A DNA stretch of 64,000 nucleotides from an uncultured Gemmatimonadales bacterium (GTDB lineage: Bacteria > Gemmatimonadota > Gemmatimonadetes > Gemmatimonadales > GWC2-71-9). This document shows, piece by piece, positions 46,310 to 55,393 of the stretch. How positions within the stretch are numbered: the stretch's first letter is position 1; each line of letters begins with the position of its first letter. Below the pieces are notes generated by a model. It was given only the letters and a program-made list of their open reading frames with translations, was not told where the DNA came from and searched no databases. Both the position numbers and the translations under genes were made by a program. The DNA is taken from the NCBI GenBank assembly GCA_963748815.1, contig CAVVKJ010000010.1:1119367-1183366 (forward strand), read 5' to 3'.

Positions 46310-46439
46310 GCCCGGATGGAACCCGCACATTCCGGACCTGCCGCAGCAAGCCAACTCAAATTGTGATGGGGAGCACTTCGCGGTGCGGAGGGAAACGCAT
46401 GGGGCCGGCGGCAGGCCGGCCCCGTTGCATCCGGTGGAG

Positions 46440-46580
46440 CTACTTGCCCTTCTTCGCCGGTGCCTTCTTCTTGGCGGGCGCCCGCTTCTTGGCAGGAGCC
46501 TTCTTCACGGCCTTCTTCGCTGCCTTCTTTGCCGGCGCCTTCTTGGCGGCCTTCTTGGCTGCGCGCTTCTTGACTGCCAT
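46440..46580 (-). CDS. Histone H1-like Lys/Ala-rich small protein, 46 aa; absent from the ORF track
   Basis: GAGG RBS; MAVKKRAAKKAAKKAPAKKAAKKAVKKAPAKKRAPAKKKAPAKKGK*. Confidence 0.8.
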   Translation of the reverse strand: MAVKKRAAKKAAKKAPAKKAAKKAVKKAPAKKRAPAKKKAPAKKGK

Positions 46581-47002
46581 GCTGACCTCTGGTGTCGAGG
46601 AGTTCCGCCGGCCCGAATGGCCATCCGGATGTTACAACATCGCGCATTTCGATTTTCGCGCAATAGCCGGGGCGGGGCGAAGTCGTTGGGATCCGGCAAG
46701 ATGTGATCACGAGTTCGAGCAGTTACTCAGGGGCCGTTGCGAAGCCCCACCCTCGCCAGCGAAGCTCCGAAATCCGATATCGAATTCGACCTGAGGTGCC
46801 GTGAGCTGCAATCAATGGCAGGCGAAGTTTGAAAACGTCGCGCATCGGCCCGCCGCCCCCTGCGGCCGGAAAGAACCTGCCGGGCTACAGACCTGCGGCA
46901 CTGGCAACACGATCGGCCTCATTCCATGCTTGTCACCTGAGGCAGCCACCATCTAAACACCTACATAACAACAAGATATGAGTTTGGCCCGAGGGGGAAT
47001 AT

Positions 47003-47018
47003 CGGCATACTCTTTGCC
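47003..47018 (+). promoter_or_regulatory. Putative sigma54 promoter of lasso cluster 2
   Basis: CGGCATACTCTTTGCC (GG-N10-GC) with an AT-rich IHF-like tract at 46966-46978. Confidence 0.55.
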
Positions 47019-47099
47019 CATACGAAGTGCAGCTCGAACCAAGGGTGACCATCCGCACCCCTGGTCTCCGGGCTCCCCACGCGAGAGGACTGTTCCTCC

Positions 47100-47365
47100 A
47101 TGCTCCCACGACCACACCCAGGTGTGCTGTTCAAGCCCGTTTCGGACGGGGCCGTGCTGCTGCATGTGGAGGAGGAGATCTACTTCGGCCTCAATGAGGT
47201 CGGCACACGCATCTGGCAGATGCTGCCTCCCACGTGCGCCGATCTCGATGACCTCTGTGCGCGATTGTCCGGGTTTACGCGGATGTGGCCCCGGACGTCC
47301 TCAGGAGCGACGTAGTCGAGCTCCTGGCTGAACTCGAGGCAAATCAGTTGGTGGTGACTGCGTGA
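47100..47365 (+). CDS. PqqD-family RRE B1, cluster 2, apparent indel near 47272
   Basis: DGAVLLHVEEEIYFGLNEVGTRIWQML...DVVELLAELEANQLV. Confidence 0.88.
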
Positions 47366-47832
47366 CGAATCCGGTTGCCTCGGAGTCCCGCCTCGGGCAC
47401 CTGACGCGCCGGCTGTTCAGCCTGCCGGCGCGGGAGTTCGGAGAACTCCTGGTTGCACAGGGCTACCTCGTACGGGCGCTCTGGACCGTGCGCCGGCGAC
47501 CAAAGGGCGAGTTGCTCCGTCCCGTGGACGGGGTCGCGCCTACCCACTCGCATCCCGATGCTGCCCAACTCACCCGGCTCGTCACCGCGGTCGACCGGGC
47601 GGCCAATCACGGTGTATTCCGTCCCACCTGTCTGGTTCGCGCGGTGGCCCTCGAACGGATGATCGTCCGCGCCGGGGCCGGCCCGGCGGTCGTCCGGGTC
47701 GGGGTGCAACGCGACGACCAGCAATTCCACGCTCACGCGTGGATCGAGCTTGATGGCCGTGTGGTCGGCGATGAACCGTCCCGGATCCGGCGCTTCACGC
47801 CCCTCCACGATTTCTCGGCGCTGGCACGGTGA
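47362..47832 (+). CDS. Lasso leader peptidase B2, cluster 2
   Basis: PTCLVRAVAL, VRVGV, HAHAWIE. Confidence 0.9.
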   Translation: MTNPVASESRLGHLTRRLFSLPAREFGELLVAQGYLVRALWTVRRRPKGELLRPVDGVAPTHSHPDAAQLTRLVTAVDRAANHGVFRPTCLVRAVALERMIVRAGAGPAVVRVGVQRDDQQFHAHAWIELDGRVVGDEPSRIRRFTPLHDFSALAR

Positions 47833-49778
47833 GCGGGCTTCTCGCCGTGACCGGTGCGGTCAACGAAGCGCGGATCGACGCGGCGCTCGCGTGCCTCGCG
47901 CGACTTGGCGGGGAGGACGAGGAGGTCTGGTCCGAAGCGAGCACCACGCTCGCGGTGACGCGGAAGCCGTGGGAGCTGCACGGTGACTTCTCCGGAGATG
48001 TCCTGCTGCTCGAGAAGACCGACCTCGTGGTGGCGGCAGACGCGTCCCTGTACGATCGCGCGGGACTCACGCGGGCACTCGCTTCCGCCGGCGTCACTCC
48101 CGACGGCTTCACTCCGACTGCCCTTATCGAGGCAGCGTATCGGGCGTGGGGCCCTGCCCTGGCTGAGCACCTGGTCGGCGACTACGCGTTCGTACTCTGG
48201 GACCGGCGGCTGCGCCGGCTGGTGGCCGCGCGCGATCCGCTCGGCATGCGAACGTTGTATTGGGCGAAGCTCGGGGACCGGGTCGCGGTCGCATCGTCCT
48301 CGAGGGCACTCGCCGAATTGACGGGCCGCGCTGACACACTGAACCTCGCCTCCCTCGGCGCCCAGGTGGCCGGCCTGATCTGGAGCAACGGAACCGATAC
48401 CGCGTACGTGGGCGTCGATCCCGTCCCTGCCGCCCACCGCCTGATTTGGGAAGCGGGGCGCAGTCGGCTGGAGCGGTTCTGGCATCCGCCGGTCGCACCC
48501 GACCGCCGGCCGACCGATGCCGCCGAGGCGGCGCTCGAGCTCCGATCCCTGCTGAGCAAGGCCGTCGTCGAGCGCATGGGAAGTGGCCAGAAGCAGCGTG
48601 TGGATGAGTGGGGGCTGGGACTCAACGGCAGTGTTCGCGGCCGGTCAGTGGGCGCTCCCAGAATCGGAGCGGTCGCGCCTTCGCCCGGTGTCCATCAGTT
48701 ACCCCCAGGGGGATCCTGGGACGGGAAGACGAGCTCATTGAACAGGTGAGTCGGCACTGGAATTCGACCATCCACTGGATCGACAGCGCCGACATTCCGC
48801 TCCTCGACGAACTCGAGGTGCGCGCTGGCCTGACCGACGAACCACCGGTTCACCTGTACGAACTCTGGAACCGGGAACTCGCGCGCGGTTCCCGGGCCAT
48901 GGGCGCCCGGGTCGCACTCGATGGCTGCGGCGGCGACAATCTCTTCCAGGTCTCGGATGTGATTCTCGCCGACCTGCTTCGTACTGGCCGGCTGATCGCA
49001 TTTGCGAAACGAGCGCGATCCCGCCGAGGAATGGGGTGGAAGTACCTCGCGAAGGCGGGTGTGCTCCCCTTGCTCCCCGACGCGCTGGTCCGGGGGGGGG
49101 AGCAGGTGGCCGGGCGCCGCCTCCCCAGGCACTACATGGAGCATCGCCCGGCCGAGTGGATGCGCGACGAGTTTCTCGCGCGCGCATGGGCTTCGGGACC
49201 GTGCGCTGGAAACACTCCGCGCCGGCCCAGGCGACAGCTTGGCACAAGCAGAAAACATTCTTTTCGTCAACGCCCCGCTATGGGGATGGGCGGGCGGCTA
49301 CATGCGGAGCGCGCTGCTGCAGGAGGGGGTCGAGGTTCGCTCCCCGCTGCTCGACCTGCGGGTCGTCGAGTTTGCGCTCCGCCGTCCGGTTGCGGAGCGG
49401 GCGGATCGGTGGGAGACCAAGATCCTCCTCCGACGCGCGATGCGCGGGCTCCTCCCCGAGCCCGTCCTCGCGCCCAGGGCACATCGCACCGGAACCACGG
49501 CGGGCTTCTCGAAGCGACACATGCAGGCGGCCTACCCGGCGCTGCTCCGGCGACTCTTCGAACAGCCGCTCCGCCTTGCCGAGCTCGGCATCGTCGACGC
49601 GGCCACCCTTCGTACCGCGGCGGACCGCTGGAGCACCGGCGGCGATGCGTCGATTCGCGTCGGATTGTTCGATGTGATGAGGGTGGAGTTCTGGCTGCGC
49701 GGGCTGGAGCGATCGACCAAACCCACGAGGACCCGGTCCGGTCGATCGAGAGCATTGAGTGAAGTTTCCGTCGCCTAG
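47829..49778 (+). CDS. Lasso cyclase, cluster 2, apparent indels
   Basis: No N-terminal Cys; GDYAFVLWD..ARDPLG, DGCGGDNLF, EVRSPLLDLRVVEF. Confidence 0.9.
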
Positions 49779-49842
49779 CGCGACGGGCTGTGCCGGCAGA
49801 TTCCGGCGAGACTCAAGCGTACCACGAGGAGGTGATTGTCAC

Positions 49843-49995
49843 ATGTATAACAAGCCAGCACTGCAGCGGTTCGGTTCGCTCAGAGACCTGACCCTGATCG
49901 GATGGGGTGCCGACGGAGACGGCGGCATCCAGGGGTACGGGCTCATCGTAGCAGGCATTACCGACGGCTGTGAATGGTCTGGCTGCCGGTCCTAG
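49843..49995 (+). CDS. Lasso peptide precursor A3, intact, 50 aa
   Basis: GAGGAGG RBS; MYNKPALQRFGSLRDLTL-IGWGADGDGGIQGYGLIVAGITDGCEWSGCRS*. Confidence 0.92.
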   Translation: MYNKPALQRFGSLRDLTLIGWGADGDGGIQGYGLIVAGITDGCEWSGCRS

Positions 49996-50061
49996 GACCG
50001 ATCGGGTTGTCCGGTCGGCGGCTCCCAATCGCGCCGTCCGGGCCCCCCAGCCTCCCCGCCA

Positions 50062-51005
50062 ATGCCTGATTACAACATCTTCGGAGGGAGCTTTCGCTCG
50101 GGACTGGTTTTCCCGGAGCTCACGCCGAATCCCGGGGCTTCCGGTGCGGTGGCTGCTCGATATCGGCTCCCGTGCCCGCGAAATTGCCGACGCGACCACG
50201 GTCGGCCGCGAGGAGGTCGAGAAGGGGGTTGCAGTGACCCTTGCCCAGCATGCCGATGGGTTCCGGCTGGTGTTCGACGACACGGGCACCTTCGATATTT
50301 CTGTGGACGGCAGCCGGATTGAATGGACGCCGCCTCGCTGATCCAGACCTCGCGGCTGCCCGCAAGGACATCTTGGGGCGCGTATTCGCCGTCTGCCTGC
50401 ACCAGCAGGGGGTCTTGGCGTTGCACGGCAGCGCAGTGGAGCTCTCGGGAAGCGCCGTGGCGTTCCTGGCCCCGAAGTTCCATGGCAAGTCCACCACAGC
50501 CGCTGCGCTGGTCGACGCCGGGGGTCGGCTGCTCGCCGACGATATCGTCGCGATTACCACGGACGGCGCTCCAGTCGTCCTCCCCAGCATCCCCTTCATC
50601 CAGCTCTGGAAGGATTCGGCCGACCATGTCGCGCCAGCATCAGTCGCCGTGCCGGGAGACGAGGGTGGACCGAAGCTCCAGCGGCGATGGAAGGGGCCCG
50701 ACCAGAACTCGAGTGCGCCCTCGCCGCTGGCCGCCGTCTACCTGCTGACGCCGGTCCTGCCTGGCGGATCAGGTGGCGTCAAACGCACACGCCTGTCCGC
50801 CGTCGAGGGAGCACTCGCCATGCTTGGGCAGGCAAAGATCGGGAACCTGCTTGGCGTGGAGCGCCGGGCCGAATTGCTGCAGGCCACGGGTGAGCTGGCG
50901 GACCGCGTCCCTGTCTACCGTCTGGAAATCCCGCGAGACTTTGAACGCCTCCACGAGCTCACAGCCGCCCTCTGGAGCTGGCACCCGGCGAGTGCGGACT
51001 TGTGA
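50062..51005 (+). CDS. HPr-kinase-like peptide kinase, cluster 2, apparent indels
   Basis: LHGSAV, APKFHGKSTT, LLADD, VPVYRLEIPRD. Confidence 0.85.
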
Positions 51006-52052
51006 CGACCAGGCACGGACCGACGCCGCCGCCAACGAATCATTCCCTGATCCGCGTGGACGGTCTGGTCAAGAGCTTTCCGGTACGCCGCCCGTGGGCG
51101 GCAACCCTCCGGCATCCGCTCCAGCGTTCCCGGGTCGAGGTGCTCCGCGGCGTTTCGCTCGAGGTGCGGCGGGGGGAATTCTTCGGGCTCCTCGGCCCCA
51201 ACGGAGCCGGCAAGACCACCCTTTTCAAGATCCTCGCTACCCTGATCCTGCCGGAGGCGGGCACCGTCGAGGTGGCCGGCATCGATGCGCTGCTGCGCCC
51301 GGCCGCGGTCCGCGACCTGCTCACCCCCGTCATTGCCGACGAGCGGAGCCTCAACTGGAGGCTGACGGGGACGGAAAACCTCCTGCTGTACGCCGCGCTC
51401 TACGGCGTACCGCCCACGGAACGGAAGCCTACCGCGCGTCGCCTGCTGGAGACGGTCGGCCTCACCGAGGCGGGTGGTCGAATGGCGGGGACCTATTCCT
51501 CCGGGATGAAGCAGCGGCTCCTCATTGCGCGGGCATTGCTGTCGCGCCCTTCGGTGCTGCTCCTCGACGAACCGACCCGCAGCCTGGACCCGGTGAGCGC
51601 CCGCGACTTCCGTCGGTTCCTGCGGGAGGAGGTGGCGGGCCGGCAGGGGTGCACCGTCATGCTGGCCACGCACGACGCCGACGAGGCTCTCGAGCTGTGC
51701 GACCGGCTTGCCGTGCTGCATCGCGGCCGCCTGGTGGCGCAGGGCACGGCTCGGGAGCTGGCTGATGTCGCCGGCGAGCGCCGCTACCGGATTGTTGTTC
51801 CAGGGGAGATGGCGCCCACGGCACTGGCGCTCCTTTCGACCTTGGGGCACCCCGGCTTCGCCGGAGTCGCCGCAGAAGCCACCGACGGATGGATGAGCCT
51901 CGAAGGGGAGCTTTCCGGAGGCGTGGCCGCGTCCGCCGAGGTGCTGCGCCGGCTGGGTGCGGCGGACCTGCCGGTCGCGGAGTTCGCTCGGATTCCGATG
52001 CCGCTCGCCGATCTCATCGAGCGGCTCGTGGTGAGGAGGCGATCCGACATGA
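51002..52052 (+). CDS. ABC exporter ATPase, cluster 2; reads in frame into the permease as sequenced
   Basis: [24 protein letters not shown]. Confidence 0.88.
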
Positions 52053-52849
52053 GCAGGGTCCTGGCCCTGATCGAGGCGCAATGGCGGGTCGCGATGAGCT
52101 ATCGCCTGCAGACCCTGCTCTCCTTCGGCGGGCTCGTCTTTACCGTGGTGCCGCTCTTCTTCATCGCGCAGGCGGTGCAGCCGGTGATGGCGAACGCGAT
52201 CCGCGACGAGGGAGGCAATGCGTTCGGGTTCCTCCTGATCGGCACCGTGGCGCTCCTCCTGGTGACCACCGCGCTCTCGGTCGTCCCTTCCGCGCTCGCC
52301 GGGGGCATCGGAAGCGGGACACTTGAGGCGCTGCTGAGTACCCCGACCCCGATGTCCACCCTGGTCGTCGGCATGAGCGCCTTCCCGCTCCTCATGGCAT
52401 CGCTGCGGGCGGGCGTGCTTCTGGCCGGAGGATGGCTCCTCGGCGCGAGCATCTCGCCGGCGTCGCTTCCGCTCGCGCTCCTCATCCTTGCCGTCATCGT
52501 ACTGGCACACGCCGCCATCGGGCTCATGAGCGGCGCGATGGTGCTCGCGTTCCGGACGGCGGGCCCCCTGTCACGCCTGGTACTCATCTCCTCCAGCCTG
52601 CTCGGCGGCGTGTATTATCCAACCCATGTCATTCCTTCCTGGCTCCGAGTGGTGTCGGATATGCTCCCGTTGAGCTACGGCCTGCGCGCCCTCCGACGAG
52701 TCCTGCTGCAGGATGCCTCGATCCGTGACGTGGCCCCGGACCTGGCCTTCCTCCTCGGGGAAACGGCCGTGCTGGTGGTGCTGGGAGTCGGTGTCTTCTC
52801 GCTCGCCTTTCGCCATGCGCGCCGCCAGGGCACGCTGGCCCAGTACTAG
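52049..52849 (+). CDS. ABC-2 type permease, cluster 2
   Basis: Own GAGGAGG RBS and ATG; 801 nt, same length as the cluster 1 paralog; ends RRQGTLAQY. Confidence 0.88.
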   Translation: MSRVLALIEAQWRVAMSYRLQTLLSFGGLVFTVVPLFFIAQAVQPVMANAIRDEGGNAFGFLLIGTVALLLVTTALSVVPSALAGGIGSGTLEALLSTPTPMSTLVVGMSAFPLLMASLRAGVLLAGGWLLGASISPASLPLALLILAVIVLAHAAIGLMSGAMVLAFRTAGPLSRLVLISSSLLGGVYYPTHVIPSWLRVVSDMLPLSYGLRALRRVLLQDASIRDVAPDLAFLLGETAVLVVLGVGVFSLAFRHARRQGTLAQY

Positions 52850-52863
52850 CGACCCGGCCGCAG

Positions 52864-54070
52864 ATGCCTGTCCTTCCTCCGGAGGCACGCCTCCTGCTTT
52901 TCGCCACCCGCGCCCCCACCCCGGAGGACGATCGTGTCATCCGCGAGCTCGTCGAGGGGCCGATAAATTGGCGCCTGGTAGGGGCACTCGCGGAGCGCGA
53001 AAAGTTGCTCCCGGTACTGTGGAACCGGCTCCACGGCCACACCGCCGCGGTGCCGCCCGAAATTGCTGAGCGGATTCACGCCCAGGCCGCCGTGACCGAA
53101 TTTCGGATGGCGATGACGGAGACGGTACTCCAGGACGTGGTGCGAGCGACTCGCGGCCGAGAACATTCACGTCATGCTGCTCAAGGGCGCTGCGCTTGCA
53201 CTGACGGTGTACCCGTCGTTTGCCGCGCGGCCAATGGGAGACGTGGACATCCTCGTCCACCCGGAGGAGGCCCAGCGCGCCTGGCAATGCCTCGTGGACG
53301 CGGGATGGACGGCGGAACTCAGCGGAGGGGAGAAATTCTACGAGGGACATCACCATCTGGTCGCCCTGAAGGACCCGAACGGGCTGCAGCTCGTCCTCGA
53401 GGTGCATCGCGCCATGCTTCCGATGGCCGGCCCATTCCTCCTCGACGAGTCGCGAGGTGTGGCGGGAGGCGCGCACCGATTCAGGTCGGGTCGGATCGAC
53501 GGCATGGGTGCCAGCTCGATGGCATCACCTACTGCTTCACCTCTGCGTCCACTTCGGCATGGTCGGACATGCTATTCGTCCGGACTGGGCAGGACGGTGC
53601 GCGATGTCACAACGCTGCTCGAGCTCGAAGCGATGTGACTGGCCGGGCTTCATCGAGCTCGCGCGCCGGGACACGGGCATCGTCGCTGTGCCTACTGGAC
53701 ACTCGATGATCGCGCGAGACTCTGTCCGGGGCTCGGCGTGCCCGAATCGGTGATTGACCGCGCTGCGCCCACGCGGTGCAGCTCCTGGCGGGGTCGCTCA
53801 GGCGATCGAGCGCGCCACACATCGCGTCCGCGCTGACGGGGGCGTGTCCGTCGATTCGAGCTCATGCGGGTGCTCTGGAGCGCCGCCATTCGCCCGAACG
53901 CCTCCGGGCATGGGACGGCCCGCCCATGGCAGGTCGGTGAGGGGTTCGCCGAGGCATTTCCGGCATCGAGCAGGCTGAGTCGGGCCGCCCGAGTGCGCTC
54001 CCATCTCAAGGGATGGGCCGGGTGGCTCCGATTTGCAGGGATTGTCGGAATTCCGCGGCGGATCGTGTGA
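52864..54070 (+). CDS. Nucleotidyltransferase (NTP_transf_5 type), cluster 2, apparent indels
   Basis: LAEREKLLPVLW, LLKGAALA..RPMGDVDILV, LEVH. Confidence 0.85.
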
Positions 54071-54097
54071 CGACGCGATGGGCAGGCCCTGCCCCGG

Positions 54098-55306
54098 CTA
54101 GCCGCGCCTGAAGAGTCCCATCCACCGGCCTCCCCTCGCCCCTATCCACGCCCCGAACATCGCCATCAGCACGACCGGCCACTCCGGGTACGCGCACCCG
54201 GCCCGGTTGGCGCTCAGGAAGAGCGCCATCACGACGGCGACCGCAAGGAAGATCGGGCGGTTCGCCAGCGCCAGCCCAAGCACAATGAAGGAGATGAAGG
54301 ACGGAATGAGGACCCACCACACGATTCCGTCGGTGGCGCGATTGAACAACGCACTGAGGTAGAGGTCGGGCGAGAGAGTGAGTGATGATTCGCGCACGAT
54401 ATCGCCCCGGGTCGCAGCGAGTCGCAAGTGCTTCGCCGTGCCTGTCAGGCTGATCCGCACCGTGTCCCCGGCCGTGCTGGGGATGGCATCGCTCACCGCC
54501 ATCCAGGGGCTCGACAACCCAACCCAGACCAACTCGAGTCGCTGATACGCCTTGAGCGTCTGCCCCTCCTGCCGCAGGATCAGGAAGGGTTTGTTCCCTT
54601 CACCCACCTTGATCTCGAACAACTGCTGAGCCTCTAGAGACGCCGGTCCGGTGATGATCATGGCACTGAACGAGGTCGTATCTGACGCGGAGAGCAGGGT
54701 TCGTAGTGCAGATTGGTTTGGCACGCGACCGGGAGACAGCGGGACTCCCTGAAGGCTCACGTCAACGAGTTTGCCCCCGAACGGCTGTAGTCCATCCGCG
54801 TCGTGCCCCCACTCCACCGCCCATTCGGCTGGGCCAGGGATGGCCGGCCGAACCACTTGCGCCCCAAAGAGCCAGACCAGGACAACCATGACCGCGGCGA
54901 CCGGCGCCACTCTCGGCCACCAGTGAGCACGCCTATGCCAATGCACGACCACCAGCACACCGAGCAGAGCACCCGCCGCATTGGCTCCCACATCGGCGAT
55001 CGAGGCGAATCGGCCTGCGATCCACCAGTACTGGGCCAACTCGATGGCAAGGCTGACGAGGGAGGCGGTTGCCATTGCCGCCAAAGGGCGGAGCCCGAAC
55101 AACACGAGGCCGGCGCCCAGTGGGGCGAAAAGCACGACGTTGAGCACAACATCGGACGGAGAGCAGCAGGAGGCGGCAAGGAACAGGTGGGCGGCGGGAT
55201 GGGGCCGCAGCGTCGCCCAGGCGATCAACGCCACTCCGGCCATCGAAAGTACCATCCCGCCGAGTCGATGGGTTTCCGACTGCGCCGGGCGATCGGTTCT
55301 TGGCAT
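54098..55306 (-). CDS. VanZ-like membrane protein
   Basis: DVVLNVVLFAPLG, SLAIELAQ..GRFASIADVGANAAG. Confidence 0.78.
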   Translation of the reverse strand: MPRTDRPAQSETHRLGGMVLSMAGVALIAWATLRPHPAAHLFLAASCCSPSDVVLNVVLFAPLGAGLVLFGLRPLAAMATASLVSLAIELAQYWWIAGRFASIADVGANAAGALLGVLVVVHWHRRAHWWPRVAPVAAVMVVLVWLFGAQVVRPAIPGPAEWAVEWGHDADGLQPFGGKLVDVSLQGVPLSPGRVPNQSALRTLLSASDTTSFSAMIITGPASLEAQQLFEIKVGEGNKPFLILRQEGQTLKAYQRLELVWVGLSSPWMAVSDAIPSTAGDTVRISLTGTAKHLRLAATRGDIVRESSLTLSPDLYLSALFNRATDGIVWWVLIPSFISFIVLGLALANRPIFLAVAVVMALFLSANRAGCAYPEWPVVLMAMFGAWIGARGGRWMGLFRRG

Positions 55307-55393
55307 CTCCAAAGCTACACCGATGCCCTTGCCGCCACGCCTCCAGCCCCGTAGAATCGAACCATCCCTTCCACGCGTGAGTCGTACCCGACG

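Noticed and set aside
51002..52849. Natural ATPase-permease fusion (615 aa)
   Set aside because: The permease has its own GAGGAGG RBS and an ATGA overlap site, and the cluster 1 paralogs are separate; a 1-nt indel explains the read-through
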